64,000 bases of DNA from a virus, in IMG/VR virus record IMGVR_UViG_3300003267_000132, positions 2,304 to 66,303 of that record. One strand, given 5' to 3'. Position 1 is the first letter of the stretch; the number at the start of each line of letters is the position of its first letter. Position numbers and translations under genes: made by a program. Positions 47,617-57,095 of the stretch are shown here, piece by piece. Below the pieces are notes generated by a model. It saw only the letters and a list, made by a program, of their open reading frames with translations. It was not told where the DNA came from and ran no database searches.

Positions 47617-49302
47617 TCAGCGACCCAGCCGTGTGATTCGCGCGGTGTGCGCCGGGCGGGTGTTGATCGGCGTCTTGGGGAGTTCGCCGCGCCGCGCGAA
47701 CGCCGCTGCTTCCGAGTGCGACAGCTTCGACAGGGCTTGGCTCATGGCGTCCACCTGGTCGTCGTGGGCACCCTGCGGGAACGACGACGTCTCGTCGATG
47801 AACACACCGAGCCACACGGCGCGCGCTGGCAGGTGGACGTCGCCTGCTTCGATGTACGGGGCGACGGCTCGGGCGCGGACGGCCTTCGGTCCCTTGGGGG
47901 TGTTGGCGACCAGCCCTGGTAGGCCGCGCTGGCGCAGCGCCGTCACCTTGTCGCGTTCGTCTCCAACCATGCCGAGTTGCCCGGCCATCTCGTCGGACAC
48001 GACGTAGGTGGGAAGCGGGGTGCGCAGCGCGGCCATGACCTCGGGTCCGTTGCCGGTGTTCTCGATGACGTGCATGGCGGCATACGGGTGGCGGATCGCC
48101 ATGAGGGCGATCGCGTTGATCGTCGTCGCCTGGTCCCACTGGCCGCGCAGCTGGTCGATCATCCAGAAGTCGCGCCCGGTGCGGCCCCAGACCTGACCGA
48201 CCACGTAGTCACCCGACTCTTTGTCCTTGAGCTTCATGTCCCACGACGACAGCGCCTGGTCGTACTGGGCGGGCAACGCGTCCTCCAGCTTCCACCACGC
48301 CCGCTTGATCTCCCCGCCTTCTTCGGGCGCGGGGCGCTGCTGGTGCATCCCCGCCCAGAAATACGACTGGGCCGACAGCTTGCGGGCCGCGACGGCTTCT
48401 GCGTCGAAGCGACCTGGTTCCAGGATCTCGCCAGGACTGCGCCCAAGAGGATCTGGCAGCCTGAGCACCGGGTCGAAGGCTTCCGGGTCATGGGTCTCTG
48501 CCACTTCCGGCAGGCGCACCAGTTCGAACGGCTCACCCCGCCCCTCCAGCCCGTCGACGTAGAGCTGACCCGCGAGGTCGTGTTCGTGCCATCGGGTCTG
48601 GACCAGGATCAGGAACGCGTCCCCCGACGTGAAGCGTCGGGTGAACACCGAGCGGTACTGGTCGACGACGAGCTGGCGATACGCGGCGCTGTGGGCCTGG
48701 ACCCAGTTGGAATACGGGTCGTCGATGACGATGCCGTGGGCACCGAAGCCGGTCGCCTCACCCTTGATCGTCGTGGCCAGCAGGCCGCCGCCCTGGTCGG
48801 TCGAGAAGCGGTCTTGGCGTTGCTGGTCGGGCCGCAGGATGACGTTGAGGGCGTCATGGGTGCGCAGGATGCGGCGCACCTCGTAGCTGTTGCGGGTGGC
48901 GATGTTGGACCCGTACGACGCGAGCAGGATCCGCTTGTTCGGGTAGCGGTCCAGGAACCAGGCCGGTCCCCACTGCGACGCCACGGTCGACTTGCCGTAC
49001 TGCGGGGGCAGCGTCCAGATCTGCCGTCGGCTGCGGCCCTCCACCGCGTCGACGAACTTCTCGCCCAGGAGCTGGCTGTAGCGGAACAGCCTGACCTCGC
49101 CGCGCGTCAGGTGATGCGCCATGGTCACAGGCGTCGCTCGCCAGTCTGCGGCCCGGTCGGTGTCGGCCTGGGTCACCAACGCTTCCGCTTCGGTGAGCCG
49201 CTGCATGACCACCGGCGCGGCGTCGGGATTGACCTTGAGGTAGGCAAGCAACTCGTCGGGGCTGAGTCGCAGAAGCTGTCTCGCGAAGGTGTCCAGCGAC
49301 AT
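47617..49302 (-). CDS. Terminase large subunit
   Basis: PPQYGKS Walker A, TGFGAHGIVIDDP Walker B, QTRWHEHDLAG, QQRP, SWD and FPQGAHDDQVDA motifs. Confidence 0.95.
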   Translation of the reverse strand: MSLDTFARQLLRLSPDELLAYLKVNPDAAPVVMQRLTEAEALVTQADTDRAADWRATPVTMAHHLTRGEVRLFRYSQLLGEKFVDAVEGRSRRQIWTLPPQYGKSTVASQWGPAWFLDRYPNKRILLASYGSNIATRNSYEVRRILRTHDALNVILRPDQQRQDRFSTDQGGGLLATTIKGEATGFGAHGIVIDDPYSNWVQAHSAAYRQLVVDQYRSVFTRRFTSGDAFLILVQTRWHEHDLAGQLYVDGLEGRGEPFELVRLPEVAETHDPEAFDPVLRLPDPLGRSPGEILEPGRFDAEAVAARKLSAQSYFWAGMHQQRPAPEEGGEIKRAWWKLEDALPAQYDQALSSWDMKLKDKESGDYVVGQVWGRTGRDFWMIDQLRGQWDQATTINAIALMAIRHPYAAMHVIENTGNGPEVMAALRTPLPTYVVSDEMAGQLGMVGDERDKVTALRQRGLPGLVANTPKGPKAVRARAVAPYIEAGDVHLPARAVWLGVFIDETSSFPQGAHDDQVDAMSQALSKLSHSEAAAFARRGELPKTPINTRPAHTARITRLGR

Positions 49303-49334
49303 CGCAGAGGGAGCGTAGCCGCCTTAGCTAAGGC

Positions 49335-50966
49335 TCACGCGAGTGGAGTCGTCACAAAAGAGCGCCAGAAGCCGAGCGCGGCGCGATCAGGGATGCGATT
49401 CGGAACACCGTTCGGGATGCGGGTGGGGACGCGGTCGGCGGCATCGATGCGGGTGGTTCGTTCGGCTGGCGTCAGGTTGGTGAACCAGTAATCCGGGGTG
49501 TCGTCGGCTTCTTCGTCGTCGTCCCATTCGGGCACGTCGGTCAGGTCGAGCGGGACGGGTTCGGGGTCGGTCACGTGACGATCCAGTGCAGGATCACGGC
49601 CAGCACACCGACGACAATGATCGTCGCCAGCGCCAGGACGAATCCGCCGATCAGTTCGCTCGGGGTGTCTTCGTCGTCGTCGATCATGGCTCGATCCTGC
49701 GCCGGTAGCGACCGGCGAAGACGTCGCCGCAGCGCAGGCAGCGGCGGGGCGGGATGGTCTGGTCGTGGTAGCTGACGAAGCGGGAGCCGCAGCGGGGGCA
49801 GACGCCGCGCCGGGAGGAGGCGACGGTGGCCACGACCAGGGCCAGCAGGACGTACGCCGACGCCACGACCACGAAGACCTGGAGGACGGTCACGCGTCGC
49901 GCTCCAGGAACGGGTTGCGGGTGCCAAGCCACTGACTGCGGAACCGGCCTCCGGGCCACAGGTCGGGTTCGAAGATGTGCGGGTGGCCTTCGACCTTCTC
50001 GTGGTCCCGCGGGAGCAAGCAGCGCCAGTCGGTCAGGAACGGGCCGAGCCGCCAGACCTTGCACCGGCGTTCTGCGCCATGCCATGGGAAGCGGCTGCGG
50101 TGGTGGCGCTGAACCTTGTCCAGCGCGTCGGTGCAGCGGGTGGCGTCGTCACGGGCATCGACCCATCGCTTCCCAAGCTCCAGCGTGGCTTCGCGGCGCG
50201 CGGTCTTCTCGCGGGTGAGTTTGGCCCGGAGCATGAGCACTTCGTCGATGAGTTGCTCGCTCTCGGCCAGGCCGAGCCGCCATCCATCTGCCAGCCGCCG
50301 TTTCCAGAACTTCAGTTGCTCGTCGTTCAACATCGTCCGGTCGCCCCCTGGGTACATGCGCCAGCATGAAGCTGCCCGACCCGAACCCGAAGACCATGGT
50401 CCGGTTCCATCTCGGAATGATGGGCCTGTGGCTCGCAGTCACACCGGTCACCTTGATCTATCCCAAGAGCGTGCTCTGGGTGGCGATCATGTCCCAATAC
50501 GCGAATTTCGTCGGGCACTTCGCGGGGTACGACGCCGCCCGCGCCGAGAAGAACTCCAAGTAGGGTCATGGCGCATCGCCTTCCAAGGCCTGGATGACGA
50601 CCTCGCGCGGCAGCGACCGCAGGGCGTCGAGCACCCGCATCTCGGTTCGCATCATGAGCTGGTCATAGGTCCAGTCCGGTGTGCTCAGCGCCGCCCGCCG
50701 AATGGCCGCGAGCACGGTCGCCTCATCTTCGGTCATAGCGTCCACCCGTCCGAGTCGACGTGAACCGTGATCGTCTCGGTGAACTCCGGGTCACCTGCAC
50801 TGATCGGCGGCATCCGGCCCAGTTGTGCAGACGCATGCCACACCGCGTGACGATCGGTGTCGTGGACTAGCGCGGCGCAGGTCAGACACGCCCACGGTGA
50901 ACGGCGCGCCCACCATCCCATACTGCGTCTGAACCGGGTGGTGCTGACGACCTGGCGTTCGGTCAC
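49335..50966 (-). other. Array of small hypothetical ORFs upstream of terminase
   Basis: Packed minus-strand ORFs (e.g. 49335-49574, 49890-50357). Confidence 0.5.
50366..50563 (+). CDS. Small membrane protein
   Basis: Two hydrophobic segments; fills a gap in the minus-strand coding. Confidence 0.65.
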   Translation: MKLPDPNPKTMVRFHLGMMGLWLAVTPVTLIYPKSVLWVAIMSQYANFVGHFAGYDAARAEKNSK

Positions 50967-51250
50967 TGATCCTCCCAGGAGTGGCGCAACAGCCCCCGCT
51001 GTTCGGCTTCCAGCGGGTGGTCGTGGACCCAGTCGTGGTGCTGGCGGCACAGGGCGACGGCGTTGTCGGGGTCCAGGATCGAGCCGCCGCGGGCGCGGGT
51101 CTTCGGTTCGTGGACGTCGAAGCTGTCGCGGCGACACTCGGGCCACTGGCACACCGGGTGCTGGCGCAGGAAGTCCGCCACGAACGCGCGGCGGTGCATG
51201 GCGCGCTCGACCGCCTTGGCCGACTGGCGCGGCAGCCGCGACCGCTTCAC
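50963..51250 (-). CDS. HNH endonuclease
   Basis: CQWPEC...DVHE...RARGG...N..ALCRQHHDWVH; start at GTG 51250. Confidence 0.82.
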   Translation of the reverse strand: MKRSRLPRQSAKAVERAMHRRAFVADFLRQHPVCQWPECRRDSFDVHEPKTRARGGSILDPDNAVALCRQHHDWVHDHPLEAEQRGLLRHSWEDQ

Positions 51251-51464
51251 CAGAACACGTCCCACTGCAAGCGGATCGGTTCGCCGTCGTACGGGAACCA
51301 GCCCGACCACGCCGAGTAGACCCTGCCCAGGAAGGGCAGCACCCGGACCCGCGGTCGGAAGGCCCGGAAGCGAACCGAGTTCGGTCCCAACGGCCCCAGT
51401 TCGATGAACGCCTCGATGCCAGACCGGGGCGGCAGGTCCACGACGAACAGCTTGCGCGGGTCGA

Positions 51465-51890
51465 TCAAAGATCACGCTCCCGGAGTTCCCTGCGCACCGC
51501 GATGGGGACGACCTTGGCCACCTCGGCCTGGACCAGCTTGTGCACACCGTCGAGGGCCGCTTCGCTGGCGGCGTCCATGGCCTTGGTCATGGCCCTGGCC
51601 CACATGTCCCGGTTGGCCGTGACGTAGCTGTCGAAGTGGGCGATGCCCCGCTCGACCAGGGCGGTCATGCGGTCCGCCGTACCTTCGGTGGCGTCCGTCA
51701 CCAGCGACTTGAGCTGCGACCGGGCGTCGTCCATGACGATCTCGACCGCCCGCTTGACCGTGCCCGGCATGTCGCTGAAGCCGAGGTCGGTCATGGTCGC
51801 CTTGATCTCGCGCAGCGTGGCGCGGGCGTCCTTGGTGGCCGCGTGCAGGTCGCGGATGAGTTCCCTGATGGCTTCCGGGTCGTCAGTCAT
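51465..51890 (-). CDS. Helical hypothetical protein; N-terminus resembles 58837..59109
   Basis: LRxxxxxxxxAxKDA pattern shared by both ORFs. Confidence 0.55.
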   Translation of the reverse strand: MTDDPEAIRELIRDLHAATKDARATLREIKATMTDLGFSDMPGTVKRAVEIVMDDARSQLKSLVTDATEGTADRMTALVERGIAHFDSYVTANRDMWARAMTKAMDAASEAALDGVHKLVQAEVAKVVPIAVRRELRERDL

Positions 51891-52182
51891 TGAACACCCG
51901 CACACGGCAGTCGGGGTTGGCCCCAGGCTGACCCGGCGCGACCACCAGGTCCCAGTGGGTCAGGTCGTCGTCTTCGTCATGGCCAATCTCGTCGATCACA
52001 AAGACGACCTCGCGACCGGTACGCGCCGACACCAGCGTCAGACCTTCGTCGCAGGCGTCGGCGTAGACCCGACCGAACTTGACCGGCAGCGACGACGCTT
52101 CCGCCACGAACGTGCGGATGTCGTTGCACCAGGTGAAGAACCGGGTCGAAACGGGGGACGGGTGGAGCAGGTTGCTGGTCAT
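51883..52182 (-). CDS. Hypothetical protein
   Basis: RBS GGAGGG before MTSNLL; first gene after a predicted promoter. Confidence 0.65.
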   Translation of the reverse strand: MTSNLLHPSPVSTRFFTWCNDIRTFVAEASSLPVKFGRVYADACDEGLTLVSARTGREVVFVIDEIGHDEDDDLTHWDLVVAPGQPGANPDCRVRVFND

Positions 52183-52224
52183 GCTTTGCCCTCCTACAGG
52201 CGCTTGGGTGATCGGCATGACCTG

Positions 52225-52253
52225 AGCATAATGCGCCTTAGCTTGCCGTTCAA
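52225..52253 (-). promoter_or_regulatory. Sigma70/HrdB-type promoter with embedded palindromic box
   Basis: TTGAAC-N17-TATGCT; the spacer and -10 contain TAAGGCGCATTA. Confidence 0.75.
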
Positions 52254-52330
52254 GTGCCCGGCCCCGCCAAGCCTACGGATTCGGCTTTGCCCGCCGCTGA
52301 CGGGTGCCGAGGGTCAGCGGGACCGGACGG

Positions 52331-52912
52331 CTACTCGCCCGTCGCCAGCGCCAGGAACTCGCTCCGGCAGCGGGCGTCTTCGTAGAAGCACCCGCGCAGG
52401 GTGCTGGTCACCGTGGGTGCGATGCGGCGCACGCCGCGGACCGCCATGCAGGAGTGGGTCGCCTTGACGACGACTCCGACACCCGCGGCGTCGACGTGGG
52501 TCGCCAGCGCATCCGCGATCTGGACCGTCATCCGCTCCTGCACCTGGAGCCGGTGGGCGAAGACGTCGACCAGCCGCGCCAGCTTCGACAGCCCGACGAC
52601 GCGACCGCGCGGCACGTACCCGATGGCGGCCGTGCCCGTGAAGGGCAGAACGTGATGTTCGCAAAGGCTGGCGAACTCGATGCCCTGGACGACGACCATC
52701 TCGTCGTACTCGCACTCGAACGTCGCACCCAGGACGTCGGCGGGGTCCTGGAGCATCCCCTTGGTCATTTCCCGCCAGGCCCGCGCCACTCGCTCGGGGG
52801 TGTCGCGCAGGCCGTCGCGCTTCGGGTCTTCCCCGATGGAGTGCAGCAGATCGATCACGGCAGCTTCGGCGAAGGGGTAGTCGAATCGGTCCTCTGCGGG
52901 GCTGGCGGTCAC
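52331..52912 (-). CDS. folE: GTP cyclohydrolase I
   Basis: GEDPKRDGLRDTPERVARAW, SLCEHHVLPF, GLSKLAR, RLQVQERMT and HSCMAVRG motifs. Confidence 0.96.
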   Translation of the reverse strand: MTASPAEDRFDYPFAEAAVIDLLHSIGEDPKRDGLRDTPERVARAWREMTKGMLQDPADVLGATFECEYDEMVVVQGIEFASLCEHHVLPFTGTAAIGYVPRGRVVGLSKLARLVDVFAHRLQVQERMTVQIADALATHVDAAGVGVVVKATHSCMAVRGVRRIAPTVTSTLRGCFYEDARCRSEFLALATGE

Positions 52913-53469
52913 AGTTCGTCCGTTCCGTCGACTGCCCGATAGATGGCCTGCGCCCACAACGCGTCGCCCATTGCGGTGTGCCGGGGGAACCGGTCAGGGT
53001 CGACGCCGAGGTACTTCGACAGTTCGTCCGAGTCCCACGGCAGCTGCGGTTCCTGGCCCCGCGCCCGCATGTAACCGACCGCCAGGGCTTCCACGTCGAT
53101 GATGTGGTAATGCCAGGACGGCACTTGGTCGTGCTTGTAGAGCAAGCGACGGAGCCGTTCCTCGTCGAAGGACACGACCGCTCCCGCCAGATGAACACCG
53201 TGGGTGAGTTCCGCGAAGTCGAGAGCGAAGTCCGCAGGGTCGGTGATCGGGGTGGTCACCTTCCCTTCGTCGGGTTGGTTGTTCCCCCAGGGGTGACGGT
53301 CGTGGTAGCCGCCGATCGAGAGCGCCACCGGGTCGGCGCGGTCGAGCCGTTTGATCGGCAGCCACCAGTGCCGCGGGTTGTCATCGATCACCAGCGCGAC
53401 TTCGTAGATCTCGTGGACGTGCGCCAGCAGCCCCGTCGTTTCGGTGTCGACGAACGCGATCTTGCTCAC
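52909..53469 (-). CDS. DnaQ-like 3'-5' exonuclease
   Basis: FVDTETTGL, SFD and HTAMGDA (DEDDh) motifs; start at GTG 53469. Confidence 0.88.
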   Translation of the reverse strand: MSKIAFVDTETTGLLAHVHEIYEVALVIDDNPRHWWLPIKRLDRADPVALSIGGYHDRHPWGNNQPDEGKVTTPITDPADFALDFAELTHGVHLAGAVVSFDEERLRRLLYKHDQVPSWHYHIIDVEALAVGYMRARGQEPQLPWDSDELSKYLGVDPDRFPRHTAMGDALWAQAIYRAVDGTDEL

Positions 53470-53735
53470 AGGTTCACCATCTTTCCGCACTTGCACGCCA
53501 ACCGACCGCGGCCCGCCGAGTGCATGTTGCTCCCACAGGCCGGGCAGGTTTGCCAGCGCCGTTTGGTTGTCCCGGTCGGTGTCGGTTGCGGTCGGAGCGC
53601 GGCGCGCGCCGTGAGGACTCGGGTCGCCGCGGCCGCGATCCGTTCGACGTCTTCGTCGTCGATGACCTTCCAGGACCGGATCGGCGCTTCGATCAGCGTC
53701 GCCACCGCGACCTTTACGTCGGCTTGCGTCACCAT
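53466..53735 (-). CDS. Small Zn-ribbon hypothetical protein
   Basis: CPACG...CKCG. Confidence 0.55.
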   Translation of the reverse strand: MVTQADVKVAVATLIEAPIRSWKVIDDEDVERIAAAATRVLTARAALRPQPTPTGTTKRRWQTCPACGSNMHSAGRGRLACKCGKMVNL

Positions 53736-53776
53736 GGGTAAGGCACCTTAGACGCTGGCGGACCGGGCGGCGCGGA

Positions 53777-54448
53777 TCAGGCTTCTTCGACGTCGTCCAG
53801 CAGTTCGGCGTCGACGATCTCGTTGTCGTCCAGCAGCGCACGCAGCCCACCGGGACGGGCCTGAAGTTCGGCCAGACGGCGGGCAGCCTCGCGGGCGATA
53901 CGGTCGGCTTCCGCGTCCTCATCGGTGTGGACGGTCAGGTCGACTTCGACCGGCGCGGGCCGCAGCTTGGATGCGCGCCAGATGAGTGCCCGCACGTCGG
54001 GTGGTGCTTCGATGACCGTCGTTTCCGCGGCGTAGACCGGATTGCCCCGTTCGTCGAACTGCCCCGTCCATCGCTGGCGGGTGGTGCGCGTCACCTGCGG
54101 GCGGGTACCGGCGTCGACGATGCGCGCCACCAGTCGGGCGTATCCCTCCGACTGCGCGATCGGAAGCGCGTCCGCGAATCGGATGCACAACTTCTCGTGC
54201 GGGGTGATCGGTTCGCCCCGGTTGAGCTTGGCGGTGGCGTGCTTGGCGTAGCGCAGCCAGTGGTACACCGCCATCTTGTGTACGCCGTTGATCTGGCATG
54301 CGTCGGTCAAGTACTGGCCGGTGCGGATGGCCTGGCAGATGGCGTCGATAAGTGCGACGGTGAGCTTCGGGGGCCGCCCACCGCGGGCGACCTGCTGCGA
54401 CATGGGGATGACCTTGGCCGGTTCGGCATTCTGGTCAGGCTCGGCCAC
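53777..54448 (-). CDS. Probable terminase small subunit (HTH)
   Basis: GRPPKLT...I..AIRTG.Y..DAC...GV....Y.W; located upstream of the large terminase. Confidence 0.65.
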   Translation of the reverse strand: MAEPDQNAEPAKVIPMSQQVARGGRPPKLTVALIDAICQAIRTGQYLTDACQINGVHKMAVYHWLRYAKHATAKLNRGEPITPHEKLCIRFADALPIAQSEGYARLVARIVDAGTRPQVTRTTRQRWTGQFDERGNPVYAAETTVIEAPPDVRALIWRASKLRPAPVEVDLTVHTDEDAEADRIAREAARRLAELQARPGGLRALLDDNEIVDAELLDDVEEA

Positions 54449-54464
54449 GGCCCCGAAGATACCG

Positions 54465-55091
54465 TCAGACGCCCAGCGTTGGCGACCACAGATGCCGGTT
54501 CGTGTCGAGGTGCTGCAACCAGCCGATCAGCTTGGGCAGATTCACGTCGGGACCGAATCCGGTGTAGTTGCCGTCCGCCGAGTCGAACAGTGAAAGCGAC
54601 GCGGCGCGCAGGCGGCGAAACGAGTTGACCCGGCCCATGTGAACCCACTTGTTCCGTTCGCACGCTTGGTCGGCCAGCCGATAGGCGTCTTCGGACAGCT
54701 TCCAACGGGTCGTCCCGCCGATGAACAAGCAGTCGAACTCGTCCCAGGGTGGGTCAGTCAGTCCGTCCTGAGCGACGAGCGCGGCGCGGAACCCGTGGTC
54801 GCGGAGCAGCGGCAAGACTGGTTCGGCGACCGTCCAGGTGGCGGCGGGGTCAGCCAGCCGGTCGGGGGCGGTGATGAACAGCGCATCGCGTGGGAACGGG
54901 TCGAGCCACGCAAGATACTGCCCCAGGTCGAAGGAGTCCGGTTTGGTGAAGCAGCCAGTGTCCGCCGCCCACGCCGTGTACGTCGTCGTGTCGGGTCTGC
55001 CCCAACGGGCCGGGGTCAGCATCACGCCGATCCCGTGCCGACGGTACAGAGCGGCGCGGTCTTCGGTCGGCGGCGTCGCGAGATAGATCAT
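54465..55091 (-). CDS. TGT/DpdA-like transglycosylase candidate 1
   Basis: WAADTGCF, APD, VAQDG, FIGG, HMGRVN and DSADG motifs; coupled to queC by an ATGA overlap. Confidence 0.65.
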   Translation of the reverse strand: MIYLATPPTEDRAALYRRHGIGVMLTPARWGRPDTTTYTAWAADTGCFTKPDSFDLGQYLAWLDPFPRDALFITAPDRLADPAATWTVAEPVLPLLRDHGFRAALVAQDGLTDPPWDEFDCLFIGGTTRWKLSEDAYRLADQACERNKWVHMGRVNSFRRLRAASLSLFDSADGNYTGFGPDVNLPKLIGWLQHLDTNRHLWSPTLGV

Positions 55092-55648
55092 GCGAGCGCC
55101 CGCGCACGCTCGGTGCAGGCCAGACAGGTCAGGCACGGCGAAGTGCCGTGCCCGTAACACGACCAGGTCTGGTCAAGCGGCGCTCCCAGCGCGCGACCAA
55201 GCTCGACGACCTTGCGCTTGCCGAAGTCCAGGAACGGCGTCCACAACCACACCTTTCCGTCGGTCGCGACCCGCAGGACTTCGTTCATCGCTTCGATGAA
55301 CTTCGGGCGGCAGTCGGGGAACAGCGCGGCGTCGTCGGCGTGGGGTGAGAAGCCGACCGCGACCGCGCCGACCTGCAAGGCATGCGCCGCGGCAAGAGAG
55401 ACCAGGATGGCGTTGCGGTTCGGAAATATCAGGTCGTCGGGCACCCCGAACGTGCCGCTGACTTTGACTTCGTCGTACCAGACCCCCGCTTCCTTGGCGA
55501 TGACGTAGGCGGCTTCCAACTCCTTCACATGGGGCTGTCCGTAGTCGACACCGAACGCCTGCACGGCATCGAACTGCGTGCGCGCCAGGTACAGCGCCAC
55601 CGTCGAGTCGATGCCGCCGCTGAACAGGATCAGGCACTTAGACGCCAC
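55088..55648 (-). CDS. queC: 7-cyano-7-deazaguanine synthase
   Basis: FSGGIDST, DYGQ.H.KE, PNRN, PDCR, TWSCY and CLTCLAC..R motifs. Confidence 0.93.
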   Translation of the reverse strand: MASKCLILFSGGIDSTVALYLARTQFDAVQAFGVDYGQPHVKELEAAYVIAKEAGVWYDEVKVSGTFGVPDDLIFPNRNAILVSLAAAHALQVGAVAVGFSPHADDAALFPDCRPKFIEAMNEVLRVATDGKVWLWTPFLDFGKRKVVELGRALGAPLDQTWSCYGHGTSPCLTCLACTERARALA

Positions 55649-56363
55649 GGCGATCTCCCCACAACATGACGTGCTGACGTCCCGACAGATTCCATCCTCG
55701 CCCGATCACCCACGGCGCGAGTTCCTTCGCGCGTGCCGTAAGCGTGTCCGCGTCGGTCCCGGCGGGCATCACCCACACAGTCTCCGGGCACAAGCCATGC
55801 ACCTTCGCGAGCACCGCAATCTCGTCAAGGTCGGACACATCTGCGGCGACGAACTTGAAGCATGCCTTCCCGCGGGTAGCCAGACTTACGAATCGGTCCA
55901 ATGCCTCGGGGTTGTAGCGCGCATGCGGATCGCATCCGGAGTTCGACAGCTTCGGTGACACGTTGAACCGAGTCACCCAAGGCACCAAGTTAGGCCCTGG
56001 GATTCGGGTCCCGTTCGTTTCGATCTCGACTTCGGTGAACGCCGCCAGACGAGGGGCGAGTTCCAGCAGGGCGTTCTGCTGGATCATCGGTTCCCCTCCG
56101 GTGATGACGACCAGCCCTACCGGGCGGACCTGGCTGACGACTTCGTCGACGGTCATGCCATGCAGTTCTTTGGCGGGGTCCTGCGCAGGCCCGATCTTGC
56201 CCCGCCAGTCCCACGTGTACGGCGTGTCGCACTTCCACCCCGCGCCACTACCGGATCCACAGTCGAGGTTGCAGCGACCCAGCCGCAGGAAGAACGCGCG
56301 GCGACCCGCTGACGGGCCTTCGCCCTGGATCGAGTCGAACATCTCATTGACGACCAGCTTCAT
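55638..56363 (-). CDS. queE: 7-carboxy-7-deazaguanine synthase (radical SAM)
   Basis: EMFDSIQGEG, FLRLGRCNLDC...CDT, ITGGEP, IETNGT, VSPKL and RQH motifs. Confidence 0.93.
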   Translation of the reverse strand: MKLVVNEMFDSIQGEGPSAGRRAFFLRLGRCNLDCGSGSGAGWKCDTPYTWDWRGKIGPAQDPAKELHGMTVDEVVSQVRPVGLVVITGGEPMIQQNALLELAPRLAAFTEVEIETNGTRIPGPNLVPWVTRFNVSPKLSNSGCDPHARYNPEALDRFVSLATRGKACFKFVAADVSDLDEIAVLAKVHGLCPETVWVMPAGTDADTLTARAKELAPWVIGRGWNLSGRQHVMLWGDRRGV

Positions 56364-56620
56364 GCGTCCGCCTTGTCGAGCAGGAGCGAAAGCGCCTGGA
56401 TCAGTTCGGTATGGACCGTGGCCCCGAGCGGCAGGTTGGCCAGTTCGCCGTACTCGCGGACCTGCCACACGACCCGGGGTGTCGTGCGCAGCGACGGCGA
56501 GGTGTTGCGGTCCTTGGCCTCTCGGCGCGCCGCGGCGCGTGACTGCATCGGCTCGACCTCCAGTACCTTGCCAGTGTCGAGGTTGACTTGCAGCAGCACG
56601 GCACCGGGCAGATCGGTCAC
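56360..56620 (-). CDS. Hypothetical protein between queD and queE
   Basis: 4-nt overlaps at both ends. Confidence 0.65.
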   Translation of the reverse strand: MTDLPGAVLLQVNLDTGKVLEVEPMQSRAAARREAKDRNTSPSLRTTPRVVWQVREYGELANLPLGATVHTELIQALSLLLDKADA

Positions 56621-57054
56621 GGTCGATACGCCGCGCTATTGACGGCGGTCTCCTGAATGTGCACCGACTCGACGAACGCTTCGGCGACGACCAAGCCGTT
56701 GTCGGTCATGCGGTACAGCATCTCGTCTACCCGGTCGTAGAGCAACCGCGCCAGCCCCTCGGTCGTCGGGTCAACGTGGAGCCGGGTGACAGACGACCCA
56801 TGCTGCTCCAGCGGGTCAGCGACCGGGTCGAGTTCATTGAGCAGGATGCTGTGATCCCACTCGGAGTCGAGCATTCCCCGGACCTCTCGCTTGAGCGGTC
56901 CGAAGTCCACGATCATTCCGTACCTGTCGACATCGGGTGCCGCGACGGTGACTTCCGCCAGGAACGAGTGGCCGTGGACGTTGTGGCACTTCCCGCTGGT
57001 CAGCCACAGCCGGTGCGCCGACTCGAAATTGTGCTTGATCGACACCCGGTACAT
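56617..57054 (-). CDS. queD: 6-carboxytetrahydropterin synthase
   Basis: FESAHRL, KCHNVHGH, GMIVDFG, WDH..LN, PTTE and IQET motifs. Confidence 0.93.
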   Translation of the reverse strand: MYRVSIKHNFESAHRLWLTSGKCHNVHGHSFLAEVTVAAPDVDRYGMIVDFGPLKREVRGMLDSEWDHSILLNELDPVADPLEQHGSSVTRLHVDPTTEGLARLLYDRVDEMLYRMTDNGLVVAEAFVESVHIQETAVNSAAYRP

Positions 57055-57095
57055 GCGGTGCAGCCTAAGGGTGCTGGCGCTGCGATGGGGAGATA

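Noticed and set aside
52261-52330. Hairpins after folE (CCGCTGAC/GTCAGCGG, AAGCC/GGCTT) as an ncRNA
   Set aside because: Short GC stems with no U-tract or recognisable family; at most a terminator-like structure.
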